A stretch of DNA of 64,000 bases from an uncultured delta proteobacterium (GTDB lineage: Bacteria > Desulfobacterota > Desulfobacteria > Desulfobacterales > SpSt-501), in assembly GCA_963828345.1 (NCBI GenBank), contig CAWHEZ010000029.1:69582-133581 (forward strand), given 5' to 3'. Position 1 is the stretch's first letter. The number at the start of each line of letters is the position of its first letter. Positions 1 through 7,946 of this stretch are shown here, one piece after another. Both the position numbers and the translations under genes were made by a program. The notes under the pieces are model-generated. The model was given only the letters and a program-made list of their open reading frames with translations. It was not told the origin of the DNA and ran no database searches.

Positions 1-962
1 TCAAAAACCGGGCCATGGTGGCGCTGGCGGCGCTGGCGTTCGTCGGGATCTTCCTGTTCGACGTCCCCTTCCCCGCCATCGTGCTGGCGGCGGCCATCGT
101 CGGCTACGCGGGCGGACGGATCCGCCCCGACGTCTTCTCCGGCAGCGCGGGGCACGGCGGGAAAAAGGCCGACCCCTGCGACGAACCGGCGGTCGATCGC
201 ATGCTGGCAGCCGGCGGGATGGAGCACACCCGGCCATCGGTTGGTCGCGCCGTGCGCGTGGCCGTGGTCTGGCTGCTGGTCTGGTCGGCGCCCTTCGCCC
301 TCATCCTCTGGCTCCAGGGCACGGACGGCGTCTATTTCCAGATCGCCGCCTTCTTCAGCAAGGCCGCGGTCGTCACCTTCGGCGGGGCGTACGCGGTGCT
401 GGCCTATGCGGCCCAGCAGGCGGTGGACACGTTCGGGTGGATGCAGCCCCACGAGATGCTGGACGGCCTGGGCATGGCCGAGACCACCCCCGGCCCGCTC
501 ATCATGGTGCTGCAGTTCGTGGGCTTTCTCGCCGCCTTCCGCAACCCGGGCGGCCTCGACCCGCTGTGGGCCGGCACCCTCGGCGCCGCCGTCACGACCT
601 GGGTGACCTTCGCGCCCTGCTTCCTGTGGATCTTCCTGGGGGCGCCCTACATCGAGGCGCTGCGGGGCAACCGCAACCTCACGGCCGCGCTCTCCGCCGT
701 CACGGCGGCCGTGGTGGGGGTCGTGCTGAACCTGGCGGTGTGGTTCACCGTCAACACGGTTTTCGGCCAAGTCGACGACGTCTATGCGCTCGGCATGCAC
801 CTGCTCGTGCCGGTGTGGGGCACGCTGAACCTGCCGTCCCTGGCCATCGCCGTATTCGCCGCGCTCGCCATCTTCCGCTGGAAGATCTCCATGCTCAAGA
901 CCATCGCGGCGAGCGCCGCCCTCGGGGTCGCGTACCACGTGGTGCGCCAGGCGGTCGCGTGA
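1..962 (+). CDS. chrA: Chromate transporter (ChrA/CHR family), 5' end outside window
   Basis: Frame is open from the window edge (track ORF 15..962). Multi-TM hydrophobic protein with CHR-domain signatures FGGAYAVLAY and ETTPGPLIMVLQFVGF. Confidence 0.8.
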   Translation, partial: KNRAMVALAALAFVGIFLFDVPFPAIVLAAAIVGYAGGRIRPDVFSGSAGHGGKKADPCDEPAVDRMLAAGGMEHTRPSVGRAVRVAVVWLLVWSAPFALILWLQGTDGVYFQIAAFFSKAAVVTFGGAYAVLAYAAQQAVDTFGWMQPHEMLDGLGMAETTPGPLIMVLQFVGFLAAFRNPGGLDPLWAGTLGAAVTTWVTFAPCFLWIFLGAPYIEALRGNRNLTAALSAVTAAVVGVVLNLAVWFTVNTVFGQVDDVYALGMHLLVPVWGTLNLPSLAIAVFAALAIFRWKISMLKTIAASAALGVAYHVVRQAVA

Positions 963-992
963 GGCCGGCCGGGATCGGCACGGGGGTGGGGA

Positions 993-1472
993 TCAGCTGA
1001 AGCGGTCGTCGGCGACCTGGCGGGTAATGGCGGGCCCGGCCTTCTCCATCCAGCCCGCGCGGGCCCCGGCGGCGCAGTCGAAATCCGGCACGTGCGGCTT
1101 GATGTCCAGGAGCGGGGTGCCGTCGAGGACATCGATGTTCGCCACGTGCAGGCAGCACCCGTCGATGCGCTCGATCCGGACGAGGGATATGCCGATCGGG
1201 TTGGGCCGGTTGGGCGCACGGGTGGCGAAGAGGCCGCGCGGCTCGGTGTCGAGAAACGGCACGACCGACAGCGCGTACGGCCGCGACCGGTGAAAATGGT
1301 AGAGCAGCAGCACGTGCGAAAACCCATCCAGGTCCTTCAACCCCGGCGCGAATTCCGGGAATACTTCCACCCGCCCCGGGGCGCTGTTGGCGCTGACCGG
1401 CTGGATGGGCATGGCCGTCGCTTCCGTGAAGGGGCTGTGGATCACTCCGATCGGAGTCATCACGATGCGCAT
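993..1472 (-). CDS. TsaA/TrmO (YaeB, UPF0066) family tRNA methyltransferase
   Basis: Starts at the internal Met of track ORF 993..1952. MRIVMTPIGVIHSPF...NRPNPIGISLVRIE...LDGTPLLDIKP matches the family. The upstream part of the ORF is Arg/Gly-rich and looks out of frame. Confidence 0.8.
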   Translation of the reverse strand: MRIVMTPIGVIHSPFTEATAMPIQPVSANSAPGRVEVFPEFAPGLKDLDGFSHVLLLYHFHRSRPYALSVVPFLDTEPRGLFATRAPNRPNPIGISLVRIERIDGCCLHVANIDVLDGTPLLDIKPHVPDFDCAAGARAGWMEKAGPAITRQVADDRFS

Positions 1473-1507
1473 CGGGTTTTCTCCCTCGGGCCTCGGCGGC
1501 CGGAAGC

Positions 1508-1888
1508 TCAATGGCCGCAGCCGCCCCCGCCCGCGTGCCCGGCGCAGGCGTGCATGGCCATGAGCTCGCGCAGCTGGCCCGACTTGAGCAGGTCGAGGTT
1601 TTCGGCAACCGTGGCGGCCGCCGAGCCGAAGACGCGAATGCCCATGGCGTTCAGCTTGGACATGGCGCCCGCGCCGATCCCGCCGACGACCACCGCATCC
1701 ACCTTTCGGCCGTCGATGGCCTTGATCGGGTTGCAGGCCCCGTGCACGTGGTGCATGTCCTGATTGTTGACGCTCGTGACCTCGCCCGTAACGGCATCCG
1801 CAATCACGAATACCGGCGCCGAGCCGAAATGGTTGAACACCTTGCTCTTGATCCCTTCGTCCGCCTGCACTGCAAATGCCACTTTCAT
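1508..1888 (-). CDS. NifB/NifX-family (dinitrogenase FeMo-cofactor biosynthesis domain) small protein
   Basis: 126 aa. MKVAFA...HFGSAPVFVIAD...VDAVVVGGIGAGA is typical of the Nitro_FeMo-Co domain, with a Cys/His/Gly-rich tail. Confidence 0.75.
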   Translation of the reverse strand: MKVAFAVQADEGIKSKVFNHFGSAPVFVIADAVTGEVTSVNNQDMHHVHGACNPIKAIDGRKVDAVVVGGIGAGAMSKLNAMGIRVFGSAAATVAENLDLLKSGQLRELMAMHACAGHAGGGGCGH

Positions 1889-1902
1889 GATGTGATCTCC
1901 GT

Positions 1903-2358
1903 TTAGAGTGAATGGTTACCGCCGCCCCTGCCCCTGCCGCGCCCCCGTGCATTTCCCTCTGCCCGGATGTCGCCGCTGCTGCAGGAAGGGCATTTCATAC
2001 TCCCGTCGCGGTCGTCCGCCGGCTCCCACGCATGCCGGCAGCGGCCGCAGCTGAACGTTTTCGCCTCGGCAAGCTCGACGGAGCCCCCCTCGATCTTCAG
2101 CGCCTTGCCCCTCACCAGCGCCTCGGCCACTTTGTGGTGCGCCGCTGCGATGATGCGCCCGAACGTCTGACGGGAAACGCTCATCTTCTCCGCCGCCAGC
2201 TCCTGGTAGAGCCCTTCGAGGTCGGCCAGCCGGATGGCCTCGAACTCGTCCACGCCGAGAACGACCTCATCCAACTCCGACAGGGGAATCCCCCGGGGCT
2301 TGAAATAGGTACTCCCGGGAGCGGCGCCGATGCGCCGGCAGCGCTTGGGCCTTGGCAT
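1903..2358 (-). CDS. DUF134 (UPF0251) putative DNA-binding protein with C-terminal CxxC..CxxC ribbon
   Basis: MPRPKRCRRI...YFKPRGIPL...LDEFEAIRLADLEGL..Q..AAEKM.VSRQTF signature. SD GGAGG lies upstream of the ATG at 2358. Confidence 0.8.
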   Translation of the reverse strand: MPRPKRCRRIGAAPGSTYFKPRGIPLSELDEVVLGVDEFEAIRLADLEGLYQELAAEKMSVSRQTFGRIIAAAHHKVAEALVRGKALKIEGGSVELAEAKTFSCGRCRHAWEPADDRDGSMKCPSCSSGDIRAEGNARGRGRGRGGGNHSL

Positions 2359-2382
2359 CGCCGATCGCCTCCAATCGAAGCC

Positions 2383-2411
2383 ATTATGAGCATATGCTCA
2401 ATACATGTCAA
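2383..2411 (-). promoter_or_regulatory. Sigma70-type promoter TTGACA-N17-CATAAT with an overlapping perfect palindrome TGAGCATATGCTCA (2387-2400)
   Basis: The minus strand reads GGGCTTGACATGTATTGAGCATATGCTCATAAT, about 25 nt upstream of the DUF134 start. Same architecture as the arsR promoter at 5533-5561. Confidence 0.55.
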
Positions 2412-2510
2412 GCCCGAAATTCAGGCCGTGAAACCGGCAGGGATTCGATCGCGCGACGTGCGCGAGACAGGATTTACGGCAGACGGACCTGCGGGGAAGG
2501 CGCCCATCCC

Positions 2511-2832
2511 TTACTTGCGGAACAGGCGTTCGAAAAGGCTCTTTTTCGCGGAACTCTTGGGTGGAAACCGCATGGGGTTCAGTTTCCGATGAGTCGGCTG
2601 AAGAAGCCTTTCCGTGCGGGCCAACAACGGGAAGCCCGAGATGTCTCCGGATAACGGCCTCCACCTTCTCCTCGGAGATGCCTGAACCTTCGACCACGAT
2701 CTCATCCGCCACCATCAGGGCTGGAGCAACCGGCAGCTCCAACTCGAAATAGGCATCCGTCTGGTATTCGGCTTGGGGTTTGGACGTAACCTCGATCTCG
2801 ATGTCGTATTTAGAGCCCAGCCTGGGCATCAT
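2511..2832 (-). CDS. Hypothetical small protein, last gene of the ArsR operon; 3' frame ambiguous
   Basis: Track ORF 2398..2832 starts MMPRLGSKYDIEIEV. Its 3' third runs through the DUF134 promoter. Alternative frames encode KGFFSRLIGN* and ...KKSLFERLFRK* (stop 2511), suggesting indels near 2585-2625. Confidence 0.3.
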
Positions 2833-2881
2833 GGCGTTGAACCCCTTTCAGGGCTTGCCGTTGGGCTCGTTGAGAAAGAAT

Positions 2882-4651
2882 CTAACCTTGAGCATGGCCA
2901 TCTCCCGTTTCGCGTGCCTCTTTTATGAGTTTGTTCATGCGTTCTACGAACTGGTCCGAGGGCAGGTAGTCCACCAGCCGCAGGTCCTGTCGCTCTCTGC
3001 CTGTCTCATCCAAAAATACAACCGTGGGGACGCCCTTGACCGCGTACTCTCTCAACAGTCTCTCTTTGAGAGCATCGCCGGCCTGCGTCACGTCGACCTT
3101 GACCATGACGAAGCGTTCTCGCGCCAACCCGACGATGGCTGGATCATGAAATGTAATCTCGTCCAACTCCCTGCACGGCGCGCACCATGCCGCATAGAAG
3201 TCGATGATGACCGGCTTCCCGCTGCTTCGCGCAGCCTCCAGTGATTCGTCTGAATATGAAACCCAGGTCACTGCCGGTCCACGCATGATCCAGGAGGCAA
3301 GCAGCAGGACCGCGACCGCAAAGGGGAGAGCGCCGGAGGCGGCCTTGAGCCATGGGAACATTCTGAAGCTCGCCTCCGTGCGATCGAGCCACGCGAGGTG
3401 GATGCCCGCTGCAAGCAACGACGCGGCAAGGGCGATGGTCGCGGCAGGCTCCCGGAGAACCGGCTTCAGGAAGTAGACTGCCATCACGACCAGCACCCAG
3501 CCCATGAGCTTTCGGACCCAGATCATCCATCCCCCCGCTCGGGGCAGGCGTTTGAGTTGGCCGGAGAACAGCGCCAATACAAACAGGGGCAGTCCGAGGC
3601 CGATGCTGAGCGTAAAGAACACGATGAAACCGATAAGCGGGCTGCCCATGCTGGCGACCCACGTGAGAAGGCCCAGCACAAAGGGACCGATGCAGGGTGC
3701 GGCTACCACACCCAGGGTCAATCCCATGAAGAGGCTGCCGCCATAGCCGCGGTACGACTTCGCCGACGCCTGCGTGAGACCGCTCGGAAGGCGTAGCTCC
3801 CACAGGCCGAAGAGACTGGTGGCGAACAGAACCAGCACCGTCGCGACCCCCATCAGTACCGCCGGATGCTGAAGCACCCCTCCCATGAGGCTGCCGGTCA
3901 GGGCTGCGGCGGTACCCAGAATGGAGTTTGTGAGTGCAAGCCCGAGCAGGTAACAAAGCCCATGCGCGACCAGGCGGCCTCTGCGCCTGTCCGATGCCGC
4001 CCGACCGCCGAAGTATGAGACCGTGATGGGGATCATCGGGTAAACGCACGGCGTGAGGTTGAGGGCCATTCCTCCCGCGAAGATCCCCAGGAGCGTCCAG
4101 ATCATGGCCCAGCCGTATAAAGGGCCGGGGGGGCGCTGCTCCCGACTTGAAGTTGCCAAGCCGGCGGGCTGGCTTCCGATCGGCAATCCCACCTTCTGCC
4201 ACTCCGGAAAGCCAAGGGGATCACGGTACACATTCTTGTATCCAAGCTGAACGGCCACCCGGGCCGCCGAGTCGCTGCGGACTCATGTCAGGCCTGCTCA
4301 GTAAAAAACGACGAGTCGCTCCTTGTCCGGTCCGAGCAGGTGTTGCAGATCATCGGCCTTACGCCAGCGCGACCACCAGGTCGGCTCGATCGGGAAGTTG
4401 ATGGCACCATGGATGTGGCCGGTCCGGTACTCCCAGTCCTGCCGCGTGTCGATCAGCATGGGGGTGTGTTGTGAAACCATCGACGCAAGCTCTTGAGTCG
4501 TGACGAGCCGGTAACCACCCCGTTGAGCTTCCGCCTTAACATCCTCCCATGTTGCTTCCCTGGGGGTGACGGCCTGATGGGTCCACCACAAGGAAGCGAT
4601 CGCAACCGACACGGCAACTGCCGTCATGATAAACGTTCGGCTGAGGTTCAT
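2882..4651 (-). CDS. Membrane-anchored rhodanese - CcdA/DsbD transmembrane core - thioredoxin fusion. Two in-frame TGA (4298-4300, 4283-4285) read as candidate selenocysteines.
   Basis: Track ORFs 4298..4651 (rhodanese N-part ending VVFY) and 2882..4258 (starts inside the rhodanese C-part GYKNVYRDPLGFPEWQKVGLPI, then LNLTPCVYPMIP and WCAPC) are in the same frame. They are separated only by TGA-AGLT-TGA-VRSDSAAR. Confidence 0.6.
4250..4285 (-). promoter_or_regulatory. Tandem SECIS-like hairpins downstream of the two UGA codons
   Basis: Hairpin 1 is UGAGUC/CGCAGC/GACUCG (4285-4268). Hairpin 2 is GGCGGCC/CGGGU/GGCCGUU (4268-4250). The apical loops lie about 18-23 nt after the respective UGA. 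Confidence 0.4.
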
Positions 4652-5100
4652 GGCAGCCGGCCCTCTCGTTTCAGCTTGGAGACCAGGAAGGTCGCCCCCC
4701 TGGCGGAAAGCCCCAGCTCGGCTACCAGGTCCTCGGCCATCAGGTTGGAGCGTGACGCCGCAAGGGCCGCAACTTCATGCTCAAGCTCTTCAAGCCAGTC
4801 TTCGAACAGGACCAGGATCTCGGGGTTGGTGATCGCGGTCAGTTGCTTGGACTGCGCCACCTTGTCCACCAGGCTCTGGCACATCTGCGTTGGGTCGACA
4901 CCTTCGCCCATGCATTCGGCCAGTCAGAGGTGAACCATGCTCGAGACTTTGTCGGCTTCAGACTCTCCGACGATCTGCAGGAGGAACGCACTCCTGGCCT
5001 CCTCGGGAACGACAGGGAAGATCGACTTCAACGCCTCGCCGATCGCCCCGAGAGCGCTCTCGGGGTCCATTCGGGCGAGGATCTTTGAAACCTGGCTCAT
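4648..5100 (-). CDS. Hypothetical protein with C-terminal winged-helix-like segment. In-frame TGA (4924-4926) read as candidate selenocysteine in an HL-U-LAEC motif.
   Basis: Track ORFs 4924..5163 and 4648..4911 share one frame across a single TGA. Best start is ATG 5100, with GGAGG 8 nt upstream. The stop overlaps the next start (ATGA at 4648-4651). Confidence 0.45.
4891..4910 (-). promoter_or_regulatory. SECIS-like hairpin
   Basis: UGGGCGA-AGGUG-UCG(A)CCCA: a 7-bp stem with a one-nucleotide bulge and a GGU-containing apical loop. It begins 13 nt after UGA 4926-4924. Confidence 0.4.
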
Positions 5101-5119
5101 AACCGCAGCCTCCATTGGA

Positions 5120-5491
5120 TCAGAGAGACGTTCTTCCTGCGACCAGACTTGCCGCAACGGCACTCAACGTGCCGACAACTTCTATGACTCGCGGATCGGC
5201 CAGGCCATAGTAAACGAACGGGCCCTCGCGCTGAATGTCCACCAACAGGCACCTCCGGAGTTCCCTCAAGTGGTGGGACACCAACGGCTGTGAGAGGCCT
5301 ACCTCCTCTACGATTCTGGTAACTGACTTTCTGGTGCCCACCATGGACATGAGAATGCGGAGTCTGTTTTCGTCTGCAATTCCCTTCGCAAGGATTGCGA
5401 CTGACCGACACCCATCGCGATCGAGCCGGCTGCCTTGGGTCTGGGTCGAGTCGGTCGCAGGACTCTTTCTCTGAGCGGTTACCCTTTTCAT
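5120..5491 (-). CDS. ArsR/SmtB family transcriptional regulator
   Basis: LAKGIADENRLRILMSMV...KSVTRIVEEVGLSQPLVSHHLRELRR is a wHTH of ArsR type. ATG 5491 is preceded by GGTGG. The track ORF starts at TTG 5512. Confidence 0.85.
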   Translation of the reverse strand: MKRVTAQRKSPATDSTQTQGSRLDRDGCRSVAILAKGIADENRLRILMSMVGTRKSVTRIVEEVGLSQPLVSHHLRELRRCLLVDIQREGPFVYYGLADPRVIEVVGTLSAVAASLVAGRTSL

Positions 5492-5532
5492 TCGCCACCG
5501 TTTTGCCGGCAAGGTTTACCCGATGCGTTAGC

Positions 5533-5561
5533 ATATAAGCATGCGCTTATATCCATGTCAA
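5533..5561 (-). promoter_or_regulatory. Sigma70-type promoter TTGACA-N17-TTATAT with an overlapping palindrome ATATAAGC-ATGC-GCTTATAT (5533-5552), the likely ArsR operator
   Basis: The minus strand reads GGGCTTGACATGGATATAAGCGCATGCTTATAT, immediately upstream of arsR. Confidence 0.6.
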
Positions 5562-5720
5562 GCCCTCTCCTTGCGCAGGCGTCGTTATGCGTGGAACCAA
5601 CTGCTCCGGGATACCAGGGCGTCGACGCGAGGTAGGTTACGGGAGAATCGGAAACCCTTCGAAATGGACAACACCAGAAACCAGACCGCATTGAATCGGC
5701 GCGGCGCCCGTTCGGGGACT

Positions 5721-6611
5721 TCAGTCCCCCCAGGGAGTCAGGCTCTCGCAGCCGGTTTCGGTGACGAGCACGGTCTGCTCGAACTGGGCCGAGAGGGAGC
5801 CGTCGCGGGTGACCGCGGTCCAGTCGTCGCCCAGGATGCGCAGCTCCTTGCGTCCGAGGTTGATCATGGGCTCGATGGTGAAGACCATGCCCGGGATCAG
5901 GGCGATGCCGGTGCCCTGCTGGCCGAAATGCGGGATCTGCGGCGACTCGTGGAAGTCCAGGCCCACCCCGTGCCCGACGAACTCGCGCACCACCGAGCAG
6001 CCCTGCGCCTCGGCGTAGGACTGGATGGCCCAGCCGATGTCGCCGACGGTGTTGCCCGGCGTCACCACGGCCATCCCCCGGCGCAGGCACTCGCGCGCCA
6101 CCGCCACGATCTTGCGCGCGTCGGGCCCGGGGCTGCCCACGAAATAGGTCTTGTTCGCGTCGGCGTAATACCCGTCGAGGATGGAGGTGACGTCCACGTT
6201 GACGATGTCCCCGTCCTGCAGCACCCGGCTGCCGGGGATCCCGTGGCAGATGACCTCGTTGACCGAGACGCAGACGCTCTTGGGGTAGCCGCGGTAGTTG
6301 AGCGGGGCGGGGACCGCGCCGTTCTGCAGCGTGAACTCGTGCACCCAGGTGTTGATCTCGTCGGTCGTGAGGCCGGGCCGCAGGCGCGGCGCCACCAGAT
6401 CCAGGGTGGCCACCACCAGGCGGCCGGCGCGACGGATGGCTTCGATGTCGGCCGGGGTTTTGACCCGGATGCGGTGTTTGCGGGCGTAGACCTCCGCCAG
6501 GTCGGACGGCGGGGCCGCTTCGGCCTTGTCCGCGCAGCACTTCTTGTATTTCAGGCCGCTGCCGCAGGGGCACGGGTCGTTGCGTCCGACTTTTGAGTGC
6601 TTCAAGTTCAT
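5721..6611 (-). CDS. map: Type I methionine aminopeptidase with N-terminal SEC-C zinc motif
   Basis: N-terminal [18 protein letters not shown], followed by the MetAP core (VCHGIP, DIVNVDV, HGVG, EPM). Confidence 0.95.
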   Translation of the reverse strand: MNLKHSKVGRNDPCPCGSGLKYKKCCADKAEAAPPSDLAEVYARKHRIRVKTPADIEAIRRAGRLVVATLDLVAPRLRPGLTTDEINTWVHEFTLQNGAVPAPLNYRGYPKSVCVSVNEVICHGIPGSRVLQDGDIVNVDVTSILDGYYADANKTYFVGSPGPDARKIVAVARECLRRGMAVVTPGNTVGDIGWAIQSYAEAQGCSVVREFVGHGVGLDFHESPQIPHFGQQGTGIALIPGMVFTIEPMINLGRKELRILGDDWTAVTRDGSLSAQFEQTVLVTETGCESLTPWGD

Positions 6612-6766
6612 CCGTATCGGTTTGATGGAGGCCTCCGTGGATTACGAACTCTCCGAGCTGGTGCATCCCATCTAATACATTCGATAGCTCAATTCAACAC
6701 CGGCAGTCCCTTGAGATTTATTCTGATTAGCCCATCCCCTATTGAATTACGCATTGAACGGTGGGG

Positions 6767-7846
6767 CTAATCGGAATGCAGGACCACGGTGAATGCGTTG
6801 AACGCCACCCGGACCGGGTCGCCCGGCCGCAGGCCGAGCGTCTTGCGGCTCTGCTCGGTGACGACCGCGCAGATCTCGGTTCCGTCGGCGATGCGGGCCA
6901 CGATCTCCGCGGTGACCTTCCCGCGCACGACGCGCTCGACCGTTGCGGCGAGCACGTTGTCCGCCGAAGACCCCGGATCGTCGGCGCCGCGGTAGACGGT
7001 CACCCAGGGCGCCTTCACCTCGGCCGCGACGAGGCCGCCCTGCTTCAGCCCCAGTCGGTCCAGGCTGCCGTTGGTGATGACGGCGCTGATGCGGCAGCCG
7101 CCCGGCGTCGCGATCTCCACCCGGGCCTGCACGTCGCCCTTGACGAGGGTTTCGATCTTCCCGAAGAAGGCGTTGCGCGCGCTGGTCTTGCGTCGGTTCT
7201 CCCGATCGACGAAGAAGGCCTCGACCCGCCGCATGTCCTCCTCGGAAAAGCTCACGTAGGCGGCGGCCAGGCTGGGGGTCGAATGCCCGAGGATCCGCTG
7301 GACGACCGGCAGCGGGACGTTGCCCTGCAGCAGCTCGACGGCCCGGGAGCGGCGGATGACCTCGGGCGCGCCCATTTCACGCGGCAGGCCGCAGGCCGCG
7401 GCGCACGCGTAGAATTTGCGGCGCACGTGGGCCGGGTCCAGCCTGAGAGCCCGCGCTCCCGTGCGGCTCAGGGACAGGAGTCCCAGAACCTCTTGAACCT
7501 CGGTCGCCACCCCATCCGGCAGCTGGACGTTGCGGCCGGTACGATCGCTCGCGCCGGCCCCTTTGCGAAACCGGACCGTGTGGCTGTCCCGGTCGAAGTC
7601 GGTCTGGAAATCGAGATCGAGCACCTCGTTGAGGCGTGCGCCCGTGTAGCGGATCAGGAGGAAAATCAGCAGAACCCTGCGCCGGGAGGACACGAGATCC
7701 GCCCGGCGGGGGGACCCCGCCCATGCGCGCAGCGCCTGCTCGAGCCGGTCGAGCTGGATGGGGTCCAGGCAGCGGCCCGGACCCTGCCCGGACAGGATGC
7801 GGGCATGATCCGGTGCCGGGGGGCGTCGGCTTCGGGTCGTCATCAT
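6767..7846 (-). CDS. Tyrosine-recombinase-fold (XerD-like) domain fused to two TOBE/Mop oxyanion-binding domains; putative tungstate/molybdate-responsive regulator (TunR-like)
   Basis: The N-terminal two-thirds resembles an integrase catalytic domain (LIRYTGARLNEV, LGHS...AAYV). The C-terminal third has two NAFxGKI...G...V TOBE repeats. It is divergent from a molybdate-type transporter. Confidence 0.65.
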   Translation of the reverse strand: MMTTRSRRPPAPDHARILSGQGPGRCLDPIQLDRLEQALRAWAGSPRRADLVSSRRRVLLIFLLIRYTGARLNEVLDLDFQTDFDRDSHTVRFRKGAGASDRTGRNVQLPDGVATEVQEVLGLLSLSRTGARALRLDPAHVRRKFYACAAACGLPREMGAPEVIRRSRAVELLQGNVPLPVVQRILGHSTPSLAAAYVSFSEEDMRRVEAFFVDRENRRKTSARNAFFGKIETLVKGDVQARVEIATPGGCRISAVITNGSLDRLGLKQGGLVAAEVKAPWVTVYRGADDPGSSADNVLAATVERVVRGKVTAEIVARIADGTEICAVVTEQSRKTLGLRPGDPVRVAFNAFTVVLHSD

Positions 7847-7914
7847 GGGCGGCCGTGGGTCCTTTCCGGTCGGGTGTGCGGCGCGGCGATGCGAGGATCT
7901 TTGCAGGAAAAGTC

Positions 7915-7943
7915 TTGACGCGTCGCGGGCAGCGCGCTATAAC
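7915..7943 (+). promoter_or_regulatory. Sigma70-type promoter TTGACG-N17-TATAAC for the MOT1-type transporter
   Basis: Hexamers at 7915-7920 and 7938-7943. Confidence 0.45.
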
Positions 7944-7946
7944 TGG

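Noticed and set aside
4283-4300. Rhodanese/DsbD split explained as a frameshift pseudogene or as two independent genes.
   Set aside because: Both halves of the rhodanese fold are in the same frame with only two TGA codons between them. No indel is required, the TGAs fall at Cys-type positions, and the downstream ORF would otherwise start in the middle of a domain at a GTG. Sec decoding still needs genome-level confirmation.
6767-7846. Integrase-like gene as a marker of a prophage or integrative element.
   Set aside because: There are no flanking att-like direct repeats, tRNA target or phage/mobile genes. The recombinase fold is fused to two TOBE ligand-binding domains and sits in an oxyanion-homeostasis locus, so a regulator is more likely.
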